A stretch of DNA of 64,000 nt, from positions 28,024,001 to 28,088,000 of the forward strand of contig NC_045138.2 in assembly GCF_008831285.2 (NCBI RefSeq), written 5' to 3'. Shown one piece after another: positions 24,762-35,969 of this stretch (positions within the stretch are counted from its first letter, which is position 1; the number at the start of each line of letters is the position of its first letter). The notes beneath the pieces are model-generated. The model worked only from the letters and a program-made list of their open reading frames with translations. It was not told the DNA's origin and made no database searches. The position numbers and the translations under genes are program-made. Origin of the DNA: Nymphaea colorata. Its lineage: Eukaryota.

Positions 24762-25860
24762 CTTCAGTTGCTCGGTGAAATTCCCAGTGAGTAACCGTGT
24801 AAACTCTGGCTAACAGCATGGTGTTTCTGGAAGCAGTAAGCGGCGTAATCGTTTCCACCGGTGTTGAAGACAAATATACTCGGAGGCAAGGAAGAAGAAA
24901 GGTTGCTTCCAACAAGAGATGTCAACTCCGGCTGAAGTTCCTGATTTGCTGATTCAGAGGTATTACTATCATCTGCAAGCGCAACAGGAAAGGGGAAAAA
25001 AAAAACTTTCCTTTTGGTTGAGGATGTTAAGGAAACATAAATCAGATTATGGGAAGAATGGTAAAGAATGGTATGAAAGTGCAGGTGTTAGAAATGTTAT
25101 TTTTGGCAAATAGAAACTATTTTGAGAGCAAGTCAAAGCCTTAAATATAAAAATGTAACGTGAATGTTTTTTCTTTTCTTTTATTTCTTTAACTAAAAAA
25201 AAAAAACAAAGGTAATAAAAACTTTGTTGAGCGAGCAGTAGAAATATTTCTTTATCCCACCAAAGAACAACAGAGTCAAAACCCCAACCCAATTTCTTGT
25301 CGAAGGTTTGCTTGGGTGCTTAGGGTGTTGTCGCCTATGCATTTATGTTCTCCTCTTTCGCATATAGAAAGTTGATGGTTCTAAAATTTGATACCAGCCT
25401 CCACCCCAGCGCCAACACCCTATGACAATAAAAATGATTCAAGAAGATCGAAAACAAGGAAGAGTGGGGCTAGAGATATTATCGGCGAGGGTCTCCTTTA
25501 CATTGAAAGTAGGCGAGTCGAGAATCCTGGAGCCAACGGATACGTAGTTCACTCCATTGAAAATTTTGGTTCCTTCGGTGGTGGGATCGTTGAAACAGGG
25601 AAGTCGATGAGGGAGTCCCAGATGCTGTCAAAGAGCATCGGCCACGGTCCATCTATTGGTGAACCTCTCCGTCGGAACTTCAAGATCAATCCTATACGGC
25701 GGAAAATTGGCCGTGGCATCAGAATCCGGCAAGTACACGTTGTTGCCGTTATCAACAACGGATTCCCAAAGACAAACATGGCCGTGATATTGCCGGGTGC
25801 TTCATTGAAGAAGAAGCTCACCAGAATCAGAATACTGAAGAACGCCTCCCTTGTCATGGT
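24762..25860 (-). pseudogene. GDSL lipase pseudogene B2
   Basis: Exon 1 is frameshifted at the nucleophile motif (FVFGNP instead of FGDS), exon 2 has deletions, and exons 3-4 are absent. Colinear with B1 and B3. Confidence 0.87.
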
Positions 25861-26841
25861 TTTCACTTGTTTGCATCCATGAGCAAGCTCTCCATTATTC
25901 CTTTGTACAGCGTGCGATCTGGTGCCAGTAAGGGCTTCATGTAGACAGCTTCTGACACGCTCGTCACTGAATACTGTGCGGGAGTGGTCCTGCCATAAGC
26001 CCAGACAGTTAAGCTGGTTCACCATTTACCTACTTCTTCGGGCCCAGTTGACTGTTTGTTGGGGCTGAACATTTTGGAGGTCGAACAGATGAATCAGAGT
26101 GTTATTGTTCGAGTTTCCGTGGCTAGGTTTGGTTTCATACACTACACTTGTCAGTTTAAGAGACTTTATTATAAAGAGTAAGAGATTATTCAGGTCCAAT
26201 GGTATGAGAGCTCATTGAAGTAGAGTCTGTTCACAAATGGTTACATAGTGGGTTTAGTCTAACAGACTGAATACAGTAAGTAAATGTCCTAAATTGACAA
26301 TCAAAACTTGGTCAAACTGACTGGGTAACGCAAACGGATTAATTAAAAGTTAACCACAAATCACAAGGTGCTTCAATATTGATCATATAAATACGTAAGA
26401 ACTTTTCTGGGGTTCCAGAAAATCCCCTTGCTTGTAAATCCATCAGAAAAATGTAGCATGGATATAAGTCTTGCTATATGAACATATCAGCATGTCTTCA
26501 ATGCTTGATAACAATTTTCCTGTTAACTTTCTTGTGGATGTAAGATCTCACACCTCTCGTCTTTCTCTTTGTTGTTGCTCCTTTTCTTTGTGGGTACATT
26601 TGATTACTTTATTCAGATTCGAAATCCATGGATCTATATAGATCTGACATGGTATGATTTTGGTGATATGACAAATGAACGGTTCATCAAAGACCTTTAT
26701 ACATTGAGAGAAGTCAGATTTACGATCTGAGAGAGGGGAGGGTCTTATCTCAACTTAATCTCTTTCGTTATACTTCATAGTTTTGAAATGTGAATATCAT
26801 GTCCATATTGTTAGTTTTATAATAAAAAAATGGTAGATATA

Positions 26842-27296
26842 TGTAACAACCCGACTCATTCTTGGGCTAGAGCCCCGGTTTGGTAGATTCCAACCCGTCC
26901 CTTAATAGTTTCGGCTCCAACCTTAAAAGGTTAGGAATCATGACAACTATTTATGGTAATGATCCTTTTTATAAACCCTTGAAGCTTCCTCACAATCTTC
27001 AATACGTGATTAAATTCTTGGGGTGTTACAATCCAACCCTCTTAAGGCACGCGAGTCTACGCGTGTGGGACATTAGGTCCGAGTGTTGAAACTGTTTTGA
27101 TGCCACTATAACAACCCGACCCACTCCTAAACTTGAGCTTTTGGTTTGGCGGATCTCAACCCTCCTCCTAACAGTTTCGGCTCTAACCTCAAAAGGTTAT
27201 TAACCAATACAACCATTTATGGTAATGATCTTCTTTATAAACCCTTGAAAATTTCTCACAATCTTTAATATGGAACTAAATTTTTGGGGTGTTGTA
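26842..27296 (-). mobile_element. TRIM (terminal-repeat retrotransposon in miniature)
   Basis: Two ~190-bp direct repeats (26842-27030 TGTAACAACCC...GGGGTGTTACA, and 27107-27296) around a 76-bp internal part. That part carries a minus-strand PBS-like TGGCATCAAAAC and PPT-like AAGAGGGTTGGAT. TSD ATATA at 26837-26841 and 27297-27301. The paralogous site near 32530 is empty. Confidence 0.85.
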
Positions 27297-28544
27297 ATAT
27301 ATGTACTCTACTCTAATGCAGAGAGGGAGAGAGAGAGAGAGAACCGATAAAAATGGTAGATATATGTACTCTAGTATAATATAGAAGGGGGGGAGAGAGA
27401 GAGAGAGAGAGCCGATAAAAATGGTAGATATATGTACTCTAGTGTAATACATAGAGGGAGGGAGAGAGAGAGAGAGGAGTCTCCTGCTCCCTCTTCAAGC
27501 ATCCATAAGAACTAGTATTGGTCGTTGGATTAGAAAACTTATTTCACGAGCAAACTGCTTTGTTGCTGTGTTTCATGGTGAGAGTGATAACATTACACAT
27601 AAAGAGGTGACAGACATTGTGCAAAGTGGCATGAATAATGAACCTAAAGGCAAGGACCATGGCAAGAGTTATGAACCTAAAAAGCAGGGATTGTGGGCGG
27701 CAACTTGTCAAAACTTTGGACAACACCTGCCTGAATTTAAATTCAATAGTAATCGTTCATACAAGTTACAAACAAAAATAAAGAACCGTTAGTGTATCTC
27801 TCTATGTATGGCTTCTAACAGTCATTCTAATATGAGAGCTATTGTGTATGCAGGTGGAAACCATCAAAGCACATTAAAATTTGCACTGCGTTGTTCACTT
27901 TAATTCTTTGCTGTTAAAGACAACAAACAAGCATAAACAGAGGCCCTTAGGAACAGAACAGAGGCACTCCGTGTGGGGGCCTTTTTATTGGAAGACATTG
28001 ATCTCACCAGTGCGAATAAGAATAATAGCATTCCCGCAATCAGACATGCTTTTGGCCGGTTAATTTTGGAAAAGAAACTGCCACAAATTACTAGAGATTT
28101 TGCGGTTGATGGAGGTGGGATTTACCTGTTAATAATGGATTTTTATTTTTGGCCATCCCCCAAAATACAAAATCCAATATGGACATTGAACGCGAACCGA
28201 TTCACTTGAAGATGGATTTACGCCGATTTATTGAATGGATAAAAGCAAAACCAATTGCGGCCATAGGATGAGATCTTCATTCTGCACTCAATTCCTCAAT
28301 CATGTCCATCTTTGGTGCTTCAGAGCTTAAACCTGCATCGCTTGAGTCTGGGTAGAGGTCGGCTAAGTGCTTGACATTGAATGGATAGACGTCGGACCTG
28401 GAGTCCGATAAGCACATCCTTCTCGCAAGGATCAAGTTTGCTGCATTGGTCGGATGGCCTCCGTCAAAGAAGAGATATGCCTTTCTATCTTCACAAATAC
28501 TGCCATTCTTCCTGCACTTTCTAACCGGTACGGCACAACAAGGC

Positions 28545-28870
28545 TGTTAGAAACAACACAGAATAAACTCTCCTCTCGCATTTTTAAGAAGGGGTTAGAA
28601 ACAATAAGAAAGAAGACAACGATTTACGTGGTTCGGAACAAAAATCTCTTACGTCCGCGGTCGCACAGATCTCTTGTATTCTCTCACTTCTATGAACACA
28701 CATAACAGACACTCTCAAGCGGCGGCCATCCTCAAAACATAAGGATTAGGGCAAACCCGCATTTGTACAAAATGACATATATACCCTTACATAAAGAAAA
28801 AATGAGTGTGTCGGCGGTATTATAAATGAGTGTCTAGTATGGATCAACTTCCATACACCAAACACCAACA
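28545..28870 (-). mobile_element. Solo LTR (326 bp) in exon 4 of GDSL A3
   Basis: TGTTAG...CCAACA termini; 5-bp TSD AAGGC at 28540-28544 and 28871-28875; splits the DKPCC codons. Confidence 0.9.
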
Positions 28871-29485
28871 AAGGCTTGTCAACCACCGTGAGTCCTGTTA
28901 GTTAGTAAACATCAACTCAATCAAACTAAGAATGAAAATTCGGTAATTATACATGTTTTTACCTACAGCTGTTTCAAAGAGTAGATATTAAATGTTATTC
29001 CGTAGCAAAAAAAGTTTACAAAAAATATGCTCAAGTTTTCATGAAATAAGAAAAACACACTTTTAAGTGTTTTTTTTTTACCAAAAAAAAAAAACTCGTG
29101 GATTGGAGTAGACTGGGTTCCAGATGAATATTTTGGTCGAGTCATTTTTTCAAATTCCATTTTTTTTTTATAGAAGGGAAGTCGTTCGGTTTATCACGTT
29201 GTTCATTTTCTTCACATAACACAGTCTCTCATCGTTAAAGAACCTCGTCACTATTCAAGTTTGACCCGGCTAAACCTAGCCATGAGTTAAGGTTGGCTGA
29301 GCTTACTTGACTCGGCTTGAGTCCACCCTAACTCACCCGATTCAAACTATTTTAAAACTCGATCGAATCAATGAGTCCACTCACAGTCGACTCATGAACC
29401 TAATGACCTAATTATTAACTGATCAGAATCCGATTCAGAAATTGACCAACTCTGCTTCCCAAGAAAGCTGCATCACCCAAGCAGG

Positions 29486-30034
29486 TAGGGGTGCACAACG
29501 AGTCGAGTTACACAATGAGTCGAGTTACTCGAACTCGACTCGTTAGTGTAAACGAGCTGCTTCATTAGTTAAACGAGTCGAGTTCGAGTTCACGAGTCAA
29601 CTCGTTTAACTAATCGAGTCGAGCTCGAGTTCACTTTGCGAACTCGTTAAAGCTCGACTCGGCTCGATTAACATACCGGTTTTAAAAAAACCGGTTCACT
29701 AGTCACGACTCACTTCTTCTCAAACGAGTTAAACGAGTCGAGCTCGACTATTGGTTTAATTCTTAAACGTTAAACGAGTTAAACGAGTCGAGCTCGACTA
29801 AACGAGTCGAGCTCGACTAAACGAGTTAAATGAGTCGAGCTCGACTATTGGTTTAATAATTAAATGTTAAACGAGTTAAACGAGCCGAGCTCGAGCTCGA
29901 CTATGTATAGTCGAGTCGAGCTCGAGCTCGTGTTAGGAACTCGACTCGAGTTCGAGTTCAAGCTCAAGCATTTCGAGCCGAGTCGAGTTCGAGCTGGGCG
30001 AGCTCGAGCTCGACTCGGCTCGTGTGCAGCCCTA
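29486..30034. mobile_element. hAT-type MITE with many CGAGTCGAGCTCG subterminal motifs
   Basis: TIR TAGGGGTGCACA / TGTGCAGCCCTA; 8-bp TSD CAAGCAGG at 29478-29485 and 30035-30042; absent from the A1 and A2 introns. Confidence 0.92.
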
Positions 30035-30047
30035 CAAGCAGGCGAGT

Positions 30048-30267
30048 CTCACCCGACGCTCTCACACAGCAGCCCATGAAGCCCGCACACGTTGCTGGAC
30101 ACGATGGCCAGCACCTCTATTTATAGGCAACAAGTCGACGGTGGAAAATTTCACAAGTTTCTATTCTTTTTATTTTTCTTTTACTTTATTTTATTTTTAA
30201 TCACTAGTTTTTCATTACCACCGACTTGCAACTCCTTTTACGAGCAAGAGTTGGAGGTTTCGGAGAT
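30048..30267 (-). mobile_element. LTR fragment related to the Copia LTR at 43220
   Basis: Absent from A1 and A2. Its reverse complement shares AAGTCGGTGG, CCTATAAATAG, GGCCAT and GAGCGTCGGG in the same order as the Copia LTR. Confidence 0.55.
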
Positions 30268-31962
30268 TTAAAAGGAGGATTCCTTACTCCAACCTCCGTC
30301 GAGGACAAGTTTAACTGGTTTAATAAAGTCATTGTTAGAATATGTGGAATCTTGAGACGGGAGTGTTCTGCATATCGTAATTGGCGGGAGAATGTATCAT
30401 CTCGCCGATGATTTTGTAGCTGTTAGCAAAAACAAAGTGGGAGCCGGGCATGTCTCTGGTTAGCGTGTCGATTGAGGCGAGTGTTGAATTGCATTGATGC
30501 CAAATTGTAGGTTTCGTTGTTTTATACAGTGGAACACGGCGCTCCACAAACATAAGCAGTGGACGAGGCCGGAGCTTGGCGCTTGGTACACTCCAAGTCC
30601 GCTGAATTAGGCGTTTCGACTAGAATGTCCTCTTTCTGGGCGTCCTTAAGACGGGCAACTTGATATGCTGCCCTCGATCTTCGAGAAATGAAGAAGGCAA
30701 AAAAAAAGAGCGATAATTTTACACTGAAGTTATTTGAGTCAAGAATGCCAGAAGATCCTGAAGCATAGTTCACTCCACTTAGAATCATGGGTCCTTTGGT
30801 ACTCGGGTTAGTGAAGCAAGGAAGTAAATTGGGGACGTCCAAGAACATCGGCTACTGTTTTGTCATTGGTGAACCTTCCTGTGGGAAAGCCAAAATCAAT
30901 GCCATAAGGCGGATAGTCGGCCTTGGCTGTTGAATCTGCAAAGAATATATTGTTGCCATTGTCAACTAACGAATCCCCAAAAACAAACATGGATGTGATA
31001 TTGGACGCTCCATTTTCCTCCAGGCAATGCAGAAGACACGAGGAGCTGAGGAGGATGAAGATGAATGACAACCCGACCAGTCAATGATATTTTAGATTGG
31101 TTTGAGGCATAAATTTCAGTATTTTGTCATTCAAATACTCTTCTACTTCTTATTGTGGTCGCAAAAACGTTAATGCCTTGCTGAAAATTAAAATCATAAT
31201 TGTGATTTTCTAGACAGTTGCGCCACATTGGGAAAATGTCGATTAGAAGATTGTGTGGTGAATGACAAAATTGTAATTTTAGTGCTCAACCACCTGCCTT
31301 TGGGTACGAATTATTTATTTCCTAAACTACCAAACCTGGTTATATGCACAAGCGATACACTGGCCCATATAAATGCCAATGGACCAGCGGACCAGCACTT
31401 GTACACCTCGCGCAGCACCTACTTAAGAACTTGTCTTCGTTTTTTTTTTTAATAAAATAGTACTAACTATTTTTTTATACTATTTTTATTCTCTATAGCA
31501 GTAACTCTCTTGGCTATTATCTTTGGCCTAAAAAATTTACGTATGCACATAGGGGCCTTTTAGATAACAAAAAAGCTGCATTCAAAAATACAATGTCGGT
31601 GAATGTGTCCATTTTGAGGACATGAAACATTAGGTTCCAAATGCCAGGACTTGAAACATCGATGACTGATCGCTTAAAGGTCGTGTTGTGCATCGAATAC
31701 CAACAGAGGACCCATGTAAAAAATGAGGACATTCCAACACAGGACCCTTGTAGAAAAGAAATGGCATTTGCCACTGTAGGTGTTAGGGGGAGAAAGGGAG
31801 TGTCTTGGATGGCGATTGCAGTCGGCAAAGCACAAATAGATTGGGCTGTGCAAGGCGGTCGGCAAAGCACAAATAGTATGGATCCTTCACACTTGAGATC
31901 CTTGTTTTACCCTTATGGAATGAGAGAAGGCAGATTTGAGGTCTGGGAGGGGAGGGTCCTAC

Positions 31963-32417
31963 TGTTGGGATTTCTCCCCATAACGCATATACAAAACCAA
32001 ACGTATATATCCTAAACAGGATCATGCTCTTGCTAAATCATTGAAATAAACGAAACCTTAAACTGAAGCGGAAGCGTACCTGAATCCATCTGATCTGGAG
32101 CACGGGAAGATCGCAGTAGGGTCTTACATGGTACGTGCGGCGTGCTTGAGGTCTCTCTCAGATGGAGAAGAGGAAAAACCCTAGAAACCAATGTCCCCAA
32201 GGACCACTACCATTTTATAATAAGGACAATTACGGATTTCACCCATCAAAGAGTCCGTAATTCCGTACTGGTATCTATACATTTCAAAATTACCCCATAC
32301 CATCTAAAATGACGTAATATCCCAAAACGCAATCACTTAAGCGGATATTTACGTTAAGACAACCATAATGTCTGAAATTCCTTATAGACATATGTCGGCC
32401 CACCAAATGATCTTACA
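31963..32417. mobile_element. Solo LTR (455 bp)
   Basis: TGTTGG...CTTACA termini; near-perfect TSD CCTAC/CTTAC at 31958-31962 and 32418-32422; empty site at about 26745 (GGGTCTTATCTCAAC). Confidence 0.8.
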
Positions 32418-35400
32418 CTTACCTCAACTTATCATGTTTCGTTAATAGTTTCGAAATGTGAATATCTTGTCCATATTGTTAGTTTTGTAAATAAAAAAAA
32501 AAAAGAAAAAAAAAAGAAGAAGAGAAAGGTAGGTAAGTATATCTAGTGTAATACAGAGAGAGAGAGCAGTCTAGTAGTGCCTGCTCCCTCTTCAAGGATC
32601 CATGTCTAACTCTAGAATTCGTATTTGTCGTTGGATTAGAAAACTTATTTCACGAGCTAACTGCTTTGTTGCTGTGTTTCATGGTGAGAGTGATAACATT
32701 ACACACAAAGAGGTGACAGACGTTGTGCAGACAGACGTTGTGCAGAGTGGCATGAGTAATGAACCTAAAAGCAAGGACCATGGCAAGGATTGTGGGCGGT
32801 AACTTGTCAAAACTTTGGAAAAGACCTGCCTGAATTTAAATTCAATAGTAATTATTCATACAAACTACAAACAAGAATGAAGAACCGTTAGTGTACCACT
32901 CCATGTATGGCTTCTAACATTAAGCAGCATTTAGTGCGATCCTCTTCTTCATTCTAATATGAGAGCTATTGTGGACGCAGGTGGAAACCATCGAACCACA
33001 TTAAAATTTGCATTGCTTTGTTCACTTTAATCCTTTGCTGTTAAAGACAACAAAGAAGCATAAACAGAGCCCCTTAGGAACAGAACAGAGGCACTCCATG
33101 TCGGAGTCATTTTATTAGAAGACATTGGTCTCACCAGTGCGAATAAGAATGAAAGCATTCCCGCAATCAGACTTGCTCTAAGCGGGTTAATTTGGAAAAG
33201 AGACTGCCACAAATTACAAGAGATTGTAAGCCTGACGCATATTTCCTGAACTGCTTGATCTGTTCAAATTCATGTAGTTACTTCTAAACGACTTTATAGC
33301 ACATGTTTCAATAATAGACCTAAAATCCTGATTGAAGCAACCTATTGTAAATGGAGGCTTTACTGCACTTCCATCTCAATTACATCCCTTGATGCATCAG
33401 AAATCAAACCAGGATGTGTAAAGTCTGCATCCAGGTCAGATAACTGCTTGACATTAAAGGGATAGGCGTATGACTGCACGTCTGATGAGTAAATCTTTGA
33501 GGCTAATATCTCGTTTGCTGCATTTGATGGGTGGCTTCCATCGAAGTAAAGATACGTGTTTCTGTCTGCACAGGCACTGCCATTTCTCTGGCACAGGCTG
33601 CCCTGAGAGTCTGCCGACACAGCACAGCATGGTTTGTCGATCACTTCAAAACCTGGCGACAAACAAATACAGAAAGTAAAATAACAAACTAAATTTTGCA
33701 CTGCAGCAACATGCGTGGCATATTGAAACAGAATATGAAGTAAAGTAGCATGTAAGATTGATTTATCAACAATATAGTGAAAAGAAGCAAATCAAGGTGA
33801 GATTCTCAGCTGTAAGGTCTTACTCATCTGGAGAGCAACAAAAACTCAGCTTAGCTTGCCAAGTTTAGCAACTTAATATTAACTCAAACTCTTCCCTGGA
33901 TATGCAAATTCAAACGAGTGAATCCCCATCAGCTTGGTGAATTTGGCAGTTGCCCGCCGAGAAGGAGATTCAAAGTTAGCTAGCCCTTTGTGCGGCTAGC
34001 ACTTAATTTATAATAGTGAGTGAGCAGCCGCAGGTCATTCACATAGCATAAGAATCATTAGCTAAATCAGAAATAATGTATACCATAAGAAGCTGGATCA
34101 GCGATAATTTCACTGAGCAATTCATAAGTGTTAGCAAACACAAAGTGGGAGCCTGGCATTTCACTCGTAAGGCCGTCGATTGAATCGTTGAGGCAAGTGT
34201 TAAATAAAATAGCAGCGAGGTTGAAATCTTCACTGCAGTTTCCACCATTTCGCAGTCGAGCTCCTGGCGTGCAGCCACTTGGTTGACAGCCAAACAACAC
34301 AAATTTCCGAGCACCCAAGCCATACATCCACTGTAGAAAGATTCAGGAGACAAATGTAAGCACTCCTTTGAATGCAATTGCTCTAGGCTTAGGTCACATC
34401 TGTCTATCCCGGGTATGGCAAAGCAGGTGTTATGTTTGAGGATGAACACAATTAATGTGCTGGGGTCTGTCAACATACAAAAATTGTTCTACTGAAACAA
34501 TGCATGAGAAAGAAAAGGCTTCTTACATGGAGAAAATGGTAGAACGTTCAACTTTTTAGAGAGGTGACATGGGTGACTAATGATAAATTTATACCGGAAT
34601 GCTGTGTTCGACCCAGAATATCCTGACGGGACATACTAATCGACTCCTGACACTCGTCAGGTGTACAATTAAATGCAGGCCTGCCTGGACTCACACACAT
34701 GCAGCCTCATTTAAATTGGTTTGCATATATGAGAGGCCCAAGCATCTGGACTACAAGAGAATTTAAACTCCTCCAACTAAAGGATGTCATTTGCAATGTA
34801 AGAATTTGACTGTATGTGTGGGCGGCGGAAACAGTTGGGTGCTCCAAAGGAGGAAAGCACCTCTACATAACAGTCTATGCTAGGTAGCTTAGAATGTCGC
34901 TGTGAAGGTATTTATTTTTCTTTCTAATGACGCGTTTTTTTTGTCTTCTCCATAAAGGCACAGTGAGATCAACGCAGCTCTGACGCTAGGAGACAATTTG
35001 GGTGCGTTTGATATCCATGGATTCAAAATCCATGGTTTTATCAACCACAGATTCCAAAGCATCAAAAAGGTAAAATATGTTTTTTTTTTTTATCTGTATG
35101 GGAGATTTTCGTGAAAAGCAACAGCAGCTAGTGGGATCCCCGAGTTGAGAGAGAGAGACTTGGCCATGGCCACGGGTTCCGCTGGCTGATATTCTTAGCC
35201 ATGGGTGGGGGGTGTCTTAAATCTAGAGAGAAACTCTCGGTCATGGATGAGGGTTTCATTGACTTAAGACCATGGTCAATGGTTCTGCCAAAGCTGGAAC
35301 CGAGAGAAACCCACGGCCAGGGCCAAGAGTTCACATGGGGGAGAGAAACACTGTACTGCGGATTCGCACACCGGCTAGAAGCTCTCCGATTTTTTGATGT

Positions 35401-35473
35401 GAGAGAGAGAGGATAAAATGAAATATATAATAAAATTTGAAGAAGCTCTCGGATTTTTTGATGTGAGAGAGAG

Positions 35474-35575
35474 AGGATAAAATGAAATATATAATAAAAT
35501 TTGAAGATAAAAAGTCTTCTAACCACAAAAACACACCGCAAAAACAAAATAAGAGAGGGAAAGAAAATTGAAGAA
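35474..35575 (-). mobile_element. Short 3'-UTR relic of a LINE related to 35812-41553
   Basis: (GA)5-GGATAAAATGAAATATATAATAAAATTTGAAGATAAAAAGTC aligns with the LINE terminus (GA)n-CGCGGATAAAATGGGAATATATAACAAAATTTGAGGACAAGAGGTC. Its end is tandemly duplicated at about 35378-35441. Confidence 0.6.
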
Positions 35576-35784
35576 TGCTTTTCCAAATCTAGGAGACGCA
35601 TGCCATGGGTTCGTGTGTATATATATATATATATATGAGGGAGAGAGGAAAGGGGGAGGGAAGGAGAGAGCGAGAGAAAGAGTATTTCAACATTGCAAAT
35701 CACCAACCAGCAGTTAAGACAGAGAGAAGGAGGGAGAGAGAAAATATCTCTCAAAGCAAACTGGTGACTTGCTGGTGGTTGGAT

Positions 35785-35815
<31 letters not shown>

Positions 35816-35969
35816 GATAAAATGGGAATATATAACAAAATTTGAGGACAAGAGGTCCCCTAAATATAAAAACAATCCGTAAAGAACAAAATTACGCAAG
35901 CAAGAGGAACAAATAAACAATACAATGCACAGAAAAATAAGAGAGAAGAAGAAAGACGAAACGGCACAG

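Larger units (their letters stand above)
28277..31066 (-). pseudogene. GDSL lipase pseudogene A3
   Basis: Start codon region deleted; frameshifting deletion in exon 1 near 30838; a deletion near 30518 fuses intron 1 to mid exon 3 and removes exon 2; solo LTR in exon 4. Confidence 0.9.
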
